A stretch of DNA of 64,000 nt from a virus (lineage: Duplodnaviria; Caudoviricetes), in the IMG/VR virus record IMGVR_UViG_3300022591_000002. One strand, 5' to 3'. Position numbers and translations under genes: made by a program. Below the pieces are notes generated by a model that saw nothing but the letters and a program-made list of their open reading frames with translations, was not told the DNA's origin and did no database searches. Below are positions 1 through 11,700 of the stretch, one piece after another (position 1 is the stretch's first letter; each line of letters starts with the position of its first letter).

Positions 1-1
1 A

Positions 2-1678
2 GGTGCAAATGGTACAACAGCTCAAGGATTAGTTGATGGTATTACTAATATTATTGCAACAGGTCCAAGTGCGGCACCTAGCCCAACAAGTATTGGTTTA
101 ACACAAGGCGATACAAACGCAGTTAATGCCGCTAAGATCTTAGAAGCTAACAGAACGTTTATCCAAGCACAGGTAGTCGCATATATTAATCAACTATATC
201 CAACTAGCTTTGTTTACGATAGAGCCAAGTGCTTCAGAGATGTTGGTTTCTTAACACAAGCATTGATTTATGACCTAACATATGGTGGTAATTCAATGAG
301 TGTTGATGCCGCATTACAGTATTTTGATAGTGCAAATAATAACGTTAGCACTATTCCTAATGAAAGACCACAGACTACTGCGGCTATCAATTATATTAAT
401 ACTGTTGCGCAAAAGATTATTAGAAATCTTGCACCAACAACTGTTTACACAACTGCTACACAGTACACTAACAATGCGTTGACTCTTGGATCTAATGCGG
501 CTGGTACTATTGCTACATTGGTTACAGACATGAGCAATATTGTTCAGAACGGTATTACTGCTACACCAACAATTCAACCAATTACAATTACTGCTCCAAC
601 TTATGCGCAGACTGCTGTAAACTCAATTGAATCTAGCAAGTACACTATTGCAAGTGAAACCATTACATGGATCAATCAAACTTACACCTTGTTTACATAC
701 AACAAGGCCACATGTAAGAGAGATACACAATTTATTGTTGAAGGTATGCTGTACGATTTAATGTATGGTGGTAACTGGCAATCTGTTGATGCTGGATTGA
801 ACTACTGGAAAGCTAAGACTGTTGGGTCAGTAAGTTTAATTCCAAATGAAATTACTCAAACAGTCGGTGCTATCAACTTTGTTAACACATTGTTTGGATA
901 CATTGCAACAAACACAGTTCCTTCTAGCTATTATCAAAATACAGTAGCACAATATATTAATCCTAGCTTGCTTGGAGGTGCAAACGCATTACCAACATTG
1001 GCTAACTTAACAAATATTGTTACTAAGATTATTGCTCAAGGCGCGTCTGGTGCTCCAGCTATTGTATATCCAACTGCTCCGGCACACGATAATACTGTAG
1101 CAGGTGTTCGTGCAATCATTACTGCAAATACAAACACATTGATTACAAATACATTGAGCTATATTGATACTAAGTACAACGGTTTTGAATATAATCAAGA
1201 AATTTGTAAACGTGACGTTGGATTGATTATTGATGCTATTGCTACAGACTTAGCAAGCGGCGGCAACTATCAAACTGTACTAGCAGGACAAAGTTATTAT
1301 GCTCGTGCAGGCACACACCATTTAGTTACAATTGAAGATAACGTTGCAGATGCTACACTATTCCCAGATAAGAATAGAATTAATTTCTACAGACGTTCAT
1401 ACATGTCAGCTTCTGGTTACTTGTTCGAATATGTAGGTGCAGGTTCTAACTATGGTGCTTTACCATATGTAGGTCGTGCCGATCCTGTTCAAGCACATGA
1501 AACTGTACAATTAAATAATGGTAAGGTGTTCTTTACATCAACTGACCAAAACGGTGACTTCCGTATTGGCCCAGGATTGGTAATTAGCCAGGCGACTGGT
1601 GTGTTATCAGGAAGAACATTTACTAAATCGCTATTTGCCAACTTGACACCGTTCGTATTGGCAATTGAAGGACTATAA
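2..1678 (+). CDS. Virion structural/fibre-associated repeat protein, 5'-truncated by the window edge
   Basis: The frame of ORF 263..1678 stays open back to base 2. It has three copies of a Y-(N/D)-x-x-x-C-x-R-D...D-L-x-x-G-G-N...A-x-x-x-Y repeat. The C-terminal motif ETVQLNNGKVFFTSTDQNGDFRIG is shared with the 4514-aa protein and resembles T4-like cyanophage structural proteins. Confidence 0.7.
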   Translation, partial: GANGTTAQGLVDGITNIIATGPSAAPSPTSIGLTQGDTNAVNAAKILEANRTFIQAQVVAYINQLYPTSFVYDRAKCFRDVGFLTQALIYDLTYGGNSMSVDAALQYFDSANNNVSTIPNERPQTTAAINYINTVAQKIIRNLAPTTVYTTATQYTNNALTLGSNAAGTIATLVTDMSNIVQNGITATPTIQPITITAPTYAQTAVNSIESSKYTIASETITWINQTYTLFTYNKATCKRDTQFIVEGMLYDLMYGGNWQSVDAGLNYWKAKTVGSVSLIPNEITQTVGAINFVNTLFGYIATNTVPSSYYQNTVAQYINPSLLGGANALPTLANLTNIVTKIIAQGASGAPAIVYPTAPAHDNTVAGVRAIITANTNTLITNTLSYIDTKYNGFEYNQEICKRDVGLIIDAIATDLASGGNYQTVLAGQSYYARAGTHHLVTIEDNVADATLFPDKNRINFYRRSYMSASGYLFEYVGAGSNYGALPYVGRADPVQAHETVQLNNGKVFFTSTDQNGDFRIGPGLVISQATGVLSGRTFTKSLFANLTPFVLAIEGL

Positions 1679-1690
1679 GGATAATATAAA

Positions 1691-2098
1691 ATGGCACTAA
1701 TTCCATTAAACACGTTTAAGACTAAAACAATAGTCTTAACAACAGCAACAAACTCAAGAGTTTATACAGCTCCCGTTGGAACTACGGCTATTATATTGAT
1801 GGCCAACATAGCCAACATTGACACATATACTACCGCAACAGAAGCACAAGGGATACACGCAGTAACTTTTGCGCACTATCGGAACTTACCAGTGTTGCCA
1901 GATGCACAGGGTAATGGAGGACAAGCAGGTAACGTGACTACTGAAATGGTAAGTCAGTTTCAGATCCCTCCAAATGACTCTGCAAACATGATACCGGGTA
2001 AGATGATTATCGAACAATTAGACAGTATTGTATGCTATGCAGATGCACCAAACACTTGCAAACTAACACTGAGCGTATTAGAAACAGCTAACCAATAA
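1691..2098 (+). CDS. Small conserved virion structural protein
   Basis: 135-aa ORF with AGGA upstream. It is beta-rich (RVYTAPVGTTAIILMANIAN...KLTLSVLETAN) and sits inside the fibre operon. Confidence 0.6.
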   Translation: MALIPLNTFKTKTIVLTTATNSRVYTAPVGTTAIILMANIANIDTYTTATEAQGIHAVTFAHYRNLPVLPDAQGNGGQAGNVTTEMVSQFQIPPNDSANMIPGKMIIEQLDSIVCYADAPNTCKLTLSVLETANQ

Positions 2099-2113
2099 TT
2101 TTAGGAATTAAAA

Positions 2114-5100
2114 ATGCCAGCACTACTAAGCGGATCAAAAGCTACAACCAAAAGTGGTAGTTTATCTCCATTAAGATATCAATTTATTACTCTTGCTCAA
2201 GCTCAGGCCGCTTTGGGCGCCACACCTAGCTTAACAACAGGTTATACGATTGTTGTAGGGGCTAATGGCGTTGCAACATTTACAAACAGTTTAGGAAATA
2301 TTGGGTTTACATCAGGTACAATTACAAGTCAAACAACAGATGGTAACTTAGTTTTAAATCCAAGCGGTACAGGTACTATTACACTTAACGGTCCTGTTAA
2401 TATTCCTCAAGGTATTATTGGTAACGGTTTTAAAACAGAAGCAAAAGTAGCAACTACCGGTCCTATTACAATTAACACAAGCACCAGCACAGTCACATAC
2501 GATGGTGTTGACCTAACCTATCTAGATCGTATTGTAGTTAGAGCACAGGTAGATCCAACAGAAAACGGCATTTATGTTGTTCAAACTGCTACACTAATTG
2601 GTGCCACAACAGCAAGCTCTGCAATTACTTTAGTACGTTCATCTGATGCAAACACAAATAATCAAATGGCACACGCGGCCATTCCTGTTATTGCTGGTAA
2701 CACATACGGTCGTACATTATTCTTTACAACATTTAGAAAAATTGATGCGCTTGGTACAGACCCTGTGTTCTGGTCAGAAATTATTGACGATGTATCAACA
2801 CAAACAATCTATAACAAAGTAATTGAAAATGCAAACATTGGCGTTCGCCAACCAGGCACCGGTCAATTTACAATTCTAACAGCAACAACATTTAATGTAA
2901 ACGCATTTACAGTTACTGGTGCATTTACTGTACTTGGTGCAGTTAAAATGGATCCAGTCAACGCCAACGTTGAAATTAGTCCAACAGGCACTGGCACAGT
3001 TACAATCAGCGCAGGAAATGTAGGTAATATTGATAACATGATTATCGGTAACAATGTTCCTCGCCCAGCAACATTTACAAACTTACAAGCAACAACACAA
3101 ATTTTTGTAGCATCAACTACCGACTCTACAAGCACAACAACTGGTGCAGTAGTAGTAACAGGTGGTGTTGGTATTGGTAAAAATTTAACCATTGGTGGTA
3201 ACTTAACCTTAAGTGGTGCCGGTGGTCAAGCGCAAGGCGGAATTGCGGCAGGTAGTATCACTACAACTAACTTAACTGTTACTGGACCATCAGTATTTTA
3301 CACAACAACTAATTCTACATCAACTACCACAGGCGCACTTGTTATTGCAGGTGGCGTTGGTATTGCACAAGATTTAGTTTTAGGCGGACAATTAGTATTC
3401 AGTGGACAAGGTAATCAATTACGGGTGTCTACATTAGGTGTCACTTCTAGCACAAATTCAACAAGCACAACAACTGGAGCCGCAGTAGTTACTGGCGGTG
3501 TTGGTATCGGTGGCGATGTTTGGATTGGTGGCCAGTTACACTTTGCAGGTAACGGCGGAGATTTAACACTTTCAACTCTTTCAGTAAGTTCTACAACAAA
3601 CTCTACATCAACAACTACAGGTGCTATTACAGTAGCAGGTGGTGTTGGCATTGCAAAAGATTTAGTGTTAGGTGGCAATTTAACATTTAGCGGAACAGCA
3701 GGCACAATTAACGCACAACAAGTTATTGTATCTGGAACACAAACATCAACAAGCACAACAACTGGAGCCTTAGTAGTAACTGGTGGTGTGGGCATTGGCA
3801 AAGATGTGTTCATTGGCGGCAATTTAAATTTAGGTGGCGCATTACAGTTTGGTAATTCTTTCACAGCAACATTTGTAAGTATTCACGTTACAAGTACAGC
3901 AAGCGATACAAGTAATTTCCTTAACAATGCTCTTTATGTTGAAGGCGGTATTAGTACTAAGAAAGATTTAAGCGTTTACGGTAATACTGTAATCAGCGGC
4001 AACCTGACAGTACTTGGTACACAAACTATTGTTGATAGTCAAAACACATACGTTATTGATCCAGTAATAGACATTGGTACAGGTATTAACAACACTCCAT
4101 TACCAAGCAATGATGGCTTAGACCGTGGTTTATTATTACACTATAACACAGGTGCTACTTCAGCAACAGACAATCACGCATTCTTAGGACGTGATGCATC
4201 AACTGGTTTCTTAGCCTATAAGGTAAACATCTATCCAGGCGGCTATGAAAACTTCCCAGCTACATTTGCCAGCACAGGCACATTTGGTACAGCACAGTTT
4301 GGTGGCTTACGTTTAGTAGGCGGAAGTGTTGCAGTATCAACAAACACAGGTGATCTACAAGTATTGGGTGGTATTGGTGTTACAGGAAATTCATACCTTG
4401 CAGGTAAGATTACTCTAGCAAACTCAAGTGCCAATTCAACACAAACACTTAACCATGCATTAATATTAACATCGGGTGGTGTTGGTGTTGCAGGTGATAG
4501 TTACTTTGGTGGTATTGTTGGTTTTGGTAATGCTACTGCAAGTAGCAGTCCATCAACTGGCGCAGTAACAGTAACTGGCGGTCTTGGTGTTGTAGGTAAT
4601 TCAAGTTTAGGCGGCCCAGTACGCATTTACGCAAGTACAAGTGCTACGTCAACAGGCACAGGTGCATTGATTGTTGCAGGCGGCGCAGGATTTAACGGCG
4701 ACATTTACGCTCACAAGATTTATACTGATGCTGGCTTAACACAATTAGCAAACTTTAACGGTGGTACAATTAGCGATCCGTTAATTCAATCAAATAGCAC
4801 AACAGCAACATCAACAAGCAACGCGGCACTGGTGGTGTATGGTGGTGTTGGCATTGGTCAAAACTTGATTGTTGGCGGAACCATTACAGCTAACATACTA
4901 TATTCAGGCGGAGCACAAGTACTTACAACTGCTACTCCAACAGGATTTGACGGTGGTGTTATTCACTATCCATTAGTTATTGGTGATCCAAATAACTTAC
5001 TAAACACAACAGCCTTAACTCTAAACTCTATTGTTGAATCATACAACACTCAAAGCGGTGCTATGATTTCGTATGGTGGACTTGGTGTTGCTAAGAGTGT

Positions 5101-8100
5101 TCATATTGGCGGTACATTAAGTCGTGAAGGCGATTATAAGACTTACAATTGGGCAGATCGTGGTGTAAGTTTAAATTTACCAAGTGCGTTATACTATGAC
5201 ATTGATGGTTTAGGTACCTACACATCATTGAACGCAACATTCATTGACGTTCCGGTGTTTGATAGTGCGTATACAACACTATACAGTACAGCGTCTACTG
5301 TTTATATTGGTGGCGCACCGGTTTCTAATTCAAGCAATTTACGTATCAGCAAAGCATATTCATTATATGTTAACAGCGGAACAGTTTATATTGGTGATAC
5401 TGCTACAAACGCTTTAACAATCGCAGGTGGTGTAAGTGTAGGCGGTAGTTTTGTTGTTACAGATACAATTCGAGCATCGGCAATTTACGACAATAACATT
5501 CGTGTTATTAGCACAGTTAACCTAACAGCTGGTACAGGGTTAAGTGGTGGTGGAACTGTAACAGGTCCAGTAGCAGTATTAACATTAACTAACGCCGGTG
5601 TATTAACTAACACAGCTGGCGCAGGCATCGCAGTTAACACAGCAACAGGTAATGTAACAATTACTAACACTGGTGTGTTGAGCGCAGTTGCTGGTACAGC
5701 TATCAATATTAATACTAGCACAGGCAACATTACAATTAGCAATATTGGTGTAACAAATGTTACAGCAGGTAGCGGAATTAGCTTATCAACAAGCACAGGT
5801 TCTGTTGCGATTGCAAGCATTGACACACTACAATTAGTAACAGCACGTGGCGCAGTAACTGATCGTCCACTCACTTTAACTTCAACTGGCACAGCTCTTA
5901 ACGTTTACAACACAGCAACAATTGGCGGTAGCTTAACCGTTGGCTCAAGTGCAACAGTTGGTACACTATTTGCTGGTACAAGTACATTAGGTAGTTTAAC
6001 AGTTAACGGAACTGCATTAATTTCAGGTAATTTGGTTGTTCAAGGTGCGCAGACAATCATCAATTCAACACAGACATCTTTAGAAGATCCTGTGATTGAC
6101 ATTGGTACTGGCGCAAATAACACAGCATTAACTACCGACGACGGTTACGATAAAGGTATTTTAGTACACTACAATACTGGTGCAAGTACAGCGGCTGACA
6201 ACCATGCATTTATTGGTATGGAACACGCTACACGCAAGTTAACTTTCCGTACAAATATCTATCCAGGCGGTTTTGAAAATGTTCCAAACCCATATTCAAG
6301 TACAGGTACTGTTGGCGGCGCAATATTCAGCGACTTACATCTAGTAGGCGGAGTTGCAAGTACAAGTCCAACTACTGGCGACCTAGTTGTAGACGGTGGC
6401 ATTGGTGTTGCAGGCAACTCAACATTTGGTGGACAAATTACGTTTGCCAATCCAACTAACACAATTAGTACACAAACAGGTGCTGTGCAAATTCAAGGCG
6501 GCCTTGGAATTAACAAAGACGTTTATATTGGCGGTAGCTTGATATTAAATGGTTTCTTAATTTCTACAGCAAGTAACTTTAACGGTGGTACTGTTTACAA
6601 AGATATTGTTAGCAACAGCTTAACACCATCAACAAGCACAACAACAGGTGCTATTGTAATTACAAGTCCAGGCGGTTTAGGTGTAGGTGGCGATGTTAAC
6701 GTTGGCGGATATATCAACGCAAGTGCTATCTATCAAAACGGTCAACCATTAAGTACAAATATCAGTCTAGCATTAGGTCCAGGTTTAAGCGGTGGTACAC
6801 GTACAACAGCTTCTGGTGTTACAATCGCATTGACTAACACTGGTTTAACAAACTTAGCGGCAGGTACCGGCATCCAATTGTCAACTACAACTGGTGCATT
6901 AGTAACAATTACTAACATTGGTGTTCAATCTATTACAGTTGGTGTAGGTATTGGTGCAATTGGTACTGTACCTGGTGCAAGCACCTCAACTGGTTCAGTA
7001 AGATTAGTTAACTTAGGTGTTACAAGTGCTACTGCTGGTACAGGTATTAATATTGATCAAAGCACTGGCAGTATTACAATCAGTAACATTGGTGTACAAT
7101 CTATCCAAGCAGTTGGATCAGGTATTACATTGTCTACAAGTACAGGTTCATTGTTTATTGCCAACGCTGGTGTAACTGCAATTAGCGCAGGTACCGACAC
7201 TTACGTAAGCGCGGCAACTGGTGCTGTTACAGTATGGAGTTATGCAACACTACAATCTGTAACTGATCACGGTAGTACAACAACCAATACTATTGTAATT
7301 AATAACGCAACATCTTCTACAAACGTTAACAACGGCGCATTAGTAGTAGGCGGTGGCGTTGGTATTGCACAAAACTTGTTTGTTGGTGCAAATGCAACTG
7401 TTATTGGTACATTAACTGCTCCAAACGCAGTAATTGCCGACTACACATTTACAGGCAGTTCAATTACTGCTCTTGCAAACGATGGCGCATTGTTTAATGT
7501 TCCAGGAAACGCAGGTAGCATTACATTACAGGCCGCAAGTGTTAATGTTAGTGCGGCAACAAGTGCAACAATTAGCTCTCCTAATGCTACAATTACAGGC
7601 ATTGCTAATTTTACAAACGTAACTACAGCCACAAGCACAACAACTGGTGCTGTTAAAATTGCTGGTGGCGTAAGTGTTGGCAACAACTTATATGTACACG
7701 GTACTATTTTAGCTGAAGGCGGATACTTAGGATTAAATCCTGACAAGATTTTTGCAAGTACATCCAGTGTAACCGTTGTTGATACTGGCTCAGCAGTACA
7801 GCAAGTATTTGTAAGTGTTGGCGGTACAACAAGTACGCAATTCTTTAAAGATAGCGTAAGTGTTAACGTACCATTGTACACAGGCAATATTATCAGTACA
7901 GGCACAATTACACGTTCCGGAACTGTAATTAGAGGCGCATGGGGTCAAAGTGGTGTAGGTTTAGCAGTATTAGATGCTACTTACAACGATACTAACTCAC
8001 AAGGTGTTGTTGGATCTGCACATATTAACGTGTTTGGCCAACCAACAATTAGTGCAACTAGCGGAATCTCAACAACCTATAACGATGTAGCTACATTATA

Positions 8101-8659
8101 CATTAAAAATGCTCCTGTAGCAGGTAACGGATTTACTAATATTACTCGTCCTTGGGCATTATATGTAAACAACGGTAAAGTGTATGTTGGCGATAGCTCT
8201 TCAAGTAGCGGTCCTTCAACAGGCGCATTGGTTGTTAACGGTGGTGCTGGTATTGGCGGCGATTTAAACGTACAAGGCAATGGCGATTTCAACGGAAACT
8301 ACTTAAACGTAGGCAACAGCGAAATCTACACTTACACAAGCCCAACTGTAAGTGCGCAAGCTCAGTTAAGTTTAGATAGTTTTGCTATTGCAAACTATCA
8401 AAGTGCCAAGTATTTTGTACAGGTTGCTGATGTAACAGCAGTTGGACAGCCTAACAAGATGTACGTTAGCGAGTTGATTGTGTTCCATGATGGACTAAAC
8501 AGCGTTTATATCACTGAATACGGCATGACATCAAACTTTGGAGATTTGGGATCATTTGACGCCCAACTAAGCGGAGCGATTGTAACCCTAACATTTACTC
8601 CGAATTATACTCCAACAGCCCTAACTGTTAAGGTGCATAGAACTACTCTAAGCAGATAA
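2114..8659 (+). CDS. Giant tail-fibre/adhesin-like protein (2181 aa)
   Basis: Rich in T/G/S/N/A/V. About 19 copies (my count) of STSTxTGALxVxGGxGxG, runs of AGxGIxxxxxTGxVTIxNxGV, two DPVIDIGTG...HYNTG...DNHAF modules and a C-terminal LDSF...SAKYFVQ...ITEYG domain of the type seen in T4-like fibre proteins. Confidence 0.75.
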   Translation: MPALLSGSKATTKSGSLSPLRYQFITLAQAQAALGATPSLTTGYTIVVGANGVATFTNSLGNIGFTSGTITSQTTDGNLVLNPSGTGTITLNGPVNIPQGIIGNGFKTEAKVATTGPITINTSTSTVTYDGVDLTYLDRIVVRAQVDPTENGIYVVQTATLIGATTASSAITLVRSSDANTNNQMAHAAIPVIAGNTYGRTLFFTTFRKIDALGTDPVFWSEIIDDVSTQTIYNKVIENANIGVRQPGTGQFTILTATTFNVNAFTVTGAFTVLGAVKMDPVNANVEISPTGTGTVTISAGNVGNIDNMIIGNNVPRPATFTNLQATTQIFVASTTDSTSTTTGAVVVTGGVGIGKNLTIGGNLTLSGAGGQAQGGIAAGSITTTNLTVTGPSVFYTTTNSTSTTTGALVIAGGVGIAQDLVLGGQLVFSGQGNQLRVSTLGVTSSTNSTSTTTGAAVVTGGVGIGGDVWIGGQLHFAGNGGDLTLSTLSVSSTTNSTSTTTGAITVAGGVGIAKDLVLGGNLTFSGTAGTINAQQVIVSGTQTSTSTTTGALVVTGGVGIGKDVFIGGNLNLGGALQFGNSFTATFVSIHVTSTASDTSNFLNNALYVEGGISTKKDLSVYGNTVISGNLTVLGTQTIVDSQNTYVIDPVIDIGTGINNTPLPSNDGLDRGLLLHYNTGATSATDNHAFLGRDASTGFLAYKVNIYPGGYENFPATFASTGTFGTAQFGGLRLVGGSVAVSTNTGDLQVLGGIGVTGNSYLAGKITLANSSANSTQTLNHALILTSGGVGVAGDSYFGGIVGFGNATASSSPSTGAVTVTGGLGVVGNSSLGGPVRIYASTSATSTGTGALIVAGGAGFNGDIYAHKIYTDAGLTQLANFNGGTISDPLIQSNSTTATSTSNAALVVYGGVGIGQNLIVGGTITANILYSGGAQVLTTATPTGFDGGVIHYPLVIGDPNNLLNTTALTLNSIVESYNTQSGAMISYGGLGVAKSVHIGGTLSREGDYKTYNWADRGVSLNLPSALYYDIDGLGTYTSLNATFIDVPVFDSAYTTLYSTASTVYIGGAPVSNSSNLRISKAYSLYVNSGTVYIGDTATNALTIAGGVSVGGSFVVTDTIRASAIYDNNIRVISTVNLTAGTGLSGGGTVTGPVAVLTLTNAGVLTNTAGAGIAVNTATGNVTITNTGVLSAVAGTAININTSTGNITISNIGVTNVTAGSGISLSTSTGSVAIASIDTLQLVTARGAVTDRPLTLTSTGTALNVYNTATIGGSLTVGSSATVGTLFAGTSTLGSLTVNGTALISGNLVVQGAQTIINSTQTSLEDPVIDIGTGANNTALTTDDGYDKGILVHYNTGASTAADNHAFIGMEHATRKLTFRTNIYPGGFENVPNPYSSTGTVGGAIFSDLHLVGGVASTSPTTGDLVVDGGIGVAGNSTFGGQITFANPTNTISTQTGAVQIQGGLGINKDVYIGGSLILNGFLISTASNFNGGTVYKDIVSNSLTPSTSTTTGAIVITSPGGLGVGGDVNVGGYINASAIYQNGQPLSTNISLALGPGLSGGTRTTASGVTIALTNTGLTNLAAGTGIQLSTTTGALVTITNIGVQSITVGVGIGAIGTVPGASTSTGSVRLVNLGVTSATAGTGINIDQSTGSITISNIGVQSIQAVGSGITLSTSTGSLFIANAGVTAISAGTDTYVSAATGAVTVWSYATLQSVTDHGSTTTNTIVINNATSSTNVNNGALVVGGGVGIAQNLFVGANATVIGTLTAPNAVIADYTFTGSSITALANDGALFNVPGNAGSITLQAASVNVSAATSATISSPNATITGIANFTNVTTATSTTTGAVKIAGGVSVGNNLYVHGTILAEGGYLGLNPDKIFASTSSVTVVDTGSAVQQVFVSVGGTTSTQFFKDSVSVNVPLYTGNIISTGTITRSGTVIRGAWGQSGVGLAVLDATYNDTNSQGVVGSAHINVFGQPTISATSGISTTYNDVATLYIKNAPVAGNGFTNITRPWALYVNNGKVYVGDSSSSSGPSTGALVVNGGAGIGGDLNVQGNGDFNGNYLNVGNSEIYTYTSPTVSAQAQLSLDSFAIANYQSAKYFVQVADVTAVGQPNKMYVSELIVFHDGLNSVYITEYGMTSNFGDLGSFDAQLSGAIVTLTFTPNYTPTALTVKVHRTTLSR
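5480..5510 (+). repeat. 31-nt near-perfect repeat shared between two fibre genes (copy 2 at 14650-14680)
   Basis: GCAATTTACGACAATAACA(T/A)TCGTGTTATTA, with one mismatch. Confidence 0.8.
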
Positions 8660-8683
8660 AACACCAAGTTTCCCTTTCTTTGG

Positions 8684-8689
8684 TAAATA
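8684..8689 (+). promoter_or_regulatory. Putative late promoter (TAAATA)
   Basis: GGTAAATAG in the intergenic gap before the 4514-aa gene, which has a GGAGAGGG Shine-Dalgarno (SD) site. The motif resembles the T4 late promoter TATAAATA. Confidence 0.55.
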
Positions 8690-8730
8690 GTTGATACAGC
8701 AATTATTGCCATACGTGGAGAGGGAAACTA

Positions 8731-11700
8731 ATGGCTTACAATGACGATTTCATAGTCAAGAATGGTCTTGTGGTTCGTGCCACAAACCTAGCAAACTACA
8801 ATTCAACTAGCACTCAAACAGGTGCAATCACTACACCAGGTGGAGCAGGCATTGGCGGAAACGTCTTTGTTGGCGGCCAGCTTAACGTTCTTACATCTGC
8901 TACATTAGCAGAATTACGAGTAAGTGACGTAGCTAAAGTCCTTAGCTCTGCAATTAACACAGCAACTATTTCCCCAGACGGTAACGCACTACAAGTTACT
9001 GGTGGTATCTACGCTGGCAGTATTAACATTGGTGGCTTGGGCTTTATTAAAGGCTCTCAGATTTTAACACAAGCTGACGGTTTCAAAGGTGGTGTCATCT
9101 CTGATCCGTTGGTTATTAACACAAATACCAACTCAACATCAACTACAACTGGTGCATTAAGTACACCGGGCGGTATTGGTATTGGACGAGATTTATGGGT
9201 TGGCGGATTTATCAGCGCAACCAACGCAATCTATAGCTTAGGCTATCAGGTTCCTACATTATTAACTGTACAAGCTGGTACAGGTTTAGCAGGTGGCGGC
9301 ACATTAAGTGCTACCAATGCTACAATTACTCTAAGCAACGCAGGTGTTCTAAGCCTAACTGGTGGCACAGGTATTAACGTTAATACCGCTACTGGTAATA
9401 TTACAATTACTAACATTGGTGTTCAGCAGGTCACAGCCGGTAGCGACATTCAATTAAGTAGTAACACTGGTAGCGTTTTAATCAGCGACATTAGCACACT
9501 ACAAAGTGTAACTACTCGCGGCAATAACACCAATCAGATTATAAATGTTCTTAACTGGACATCAAGCACCGGTGTTTATAACACAACATCAAACGCATTT
9601 AACGTTTTAGGTGGCGCAAGTTTTGGTAGCATTAACGTTGCTAATACTAGCTATCAGGGTGGCGCACAGATTGTTACAACAAGTACTATCAATCAGTTCA
9701 TTGGTGGTACAATTCAAAACCCATTACGTGTTGCTAACTCTACAACATCAGTAAGCACACAAACTGGTGCTCTAATTGTCGATGGTGGCGTTGGTATTGG
9801 TCAAGATGTTTACATTGGTAAAACATTAAACGTAGCAGGCAATGCTACTATATATGGAAGTCTAAGCGTATTAGGAACTTACACCGTTGTTACTGTTAAC
9901 TCTACAGAAACATTTATTGTAAGCCCGTTAGTTGATATTGGTACAGGCAGAGACAATGCACCATTAACAATTAATGATACATTTGATCGCGGTATTGTTG
10001 TTCACTATAACACAGGTTCAAATACAACATTTGATAACCACGCATTCTTTGGTCGTGTAAGTGCTAGTGGCGAATTTACATACTTAACAGATGTTCAGCC
10101 AGGCGGCCTAACAGAAATATTAACCAATCCACTTGCAGGCGGCAACTTAGGTACAGCTAAGTTTGGTCAATTAAAACTTGCAGGCGGAACACCTGCTACT
10201 GGTTATGGTACAGGTGACTTAATTGTTACAGGTGGCGGTAGCTTTAATGGCAGTTTATACTCTACTGCAATCTACGACTATGGTCGTAGAGTTTTAAACA
10301 ATGCAAGTATTGTTGGATCAGTTGGTGTTGGTGTTGGTGTAACAACTACTGCTAGCGGCGTTACAATATCTTTGACTAACACAGGTGTTACTTCTATTAT
10401 TCCTGGTACAGGAATTTTAGCTAATGGTACTGTTAATAGTCAGACAGGTGTTGTTACTATTGCTAACAGCGGTGTCCTAAGTATTTTACAAGCCGCCGGT
10501 CAAGACAGCGATATTGGTTTAACATGGTCAACAGGCAATGCTGGTAACGTTTTAATTACCAACCAAGCAACACTAGCAACAGTTACTCGTCGTGGAAATA
10601 CAAGCTCTTATCAAATCATTCTAAGCAATGCTGGTCAGAGTGTTACAAATTCATCTACTAACGCATTATATCTATCTGGCAAAGGTGGTATCTATGCTGG
10701 TAGCATTATGCTCGAAACTACCAGTACAATTAATGGTAGTGAAATTCTAACAACAGCTACAATTAATCAAAGTTTGGGCGGTATTATTCCAAACCCAATA
10801 CATATTACTAGTGCTGTTGGTTCTGTAAGTACACAAACTGGTGCTCTAATTGTTGACGGCGGCGTTGGCTTTGAGAAGAATTTAAATGTTCAAGGTCCAG
10901 TTGTTATCAACCAGAGCTTGTCAGTATTGGCAGGAGTTAGCTCATTTGCAGGCGACACCAGTGTAGGCGGAAATCTTTACACAACTGGTACACAATTTGT
11001 TGGAACTATTACAAGTCCTAATGCAAACTTGTATCTAAATACAGTTCCAGGCACAGGCAATGTTTATGCTAACAGCGTTAATTTAAATTATTCATTAGCT
11101 AACGTATACTATGTTCAATCTAACGGTAGTGACAGTAATGATGGTCTAAGAGCATCTACTGCATTCTTAACAGTAGCAAAAGCTCTAAGTGTTGTAACAA
11201 GCGGCGGAACTGTATTAATTGGTCCAGGTACGTTCACTGAAAACTTCCCATTAACTATTCCTCAAGGTGTAACAGTTAAGGGTGCAGGACTTCGTGCTAC
11301 AGTTATTCAACCAACAAGTGGTTCAAATACACAAGACGGTTTCTTACTAAATGGTGAAACTACTCTAAGCGACCTTGTAGTATCAGGATACTACAATCCA
11401 GGTTACGGTGTAAAATTTGCGACAAATGCAAAAATTACAACTAAGAGTCCATACGTTGAGCGTGTAAGTTTCATCACCAAAGGTACAACAACAAGTTCGA
11501 CCGACCCTTACGGCTATGCGGCTGGTAATGCTGGTAACGGTGCAAAATTAGACGGTAGCGTTTTAAATTCAAGTTCATTAGAACCAACAATGTTGTTCAA
11601 TGAAGTAACATTCATTGTTCCAAACGCAACTGGTATGTACATGACTAACGGTGTACGTGCAGAATTGCTAAACGGCTTCTTCTATTTTGCAAGCAAAGCA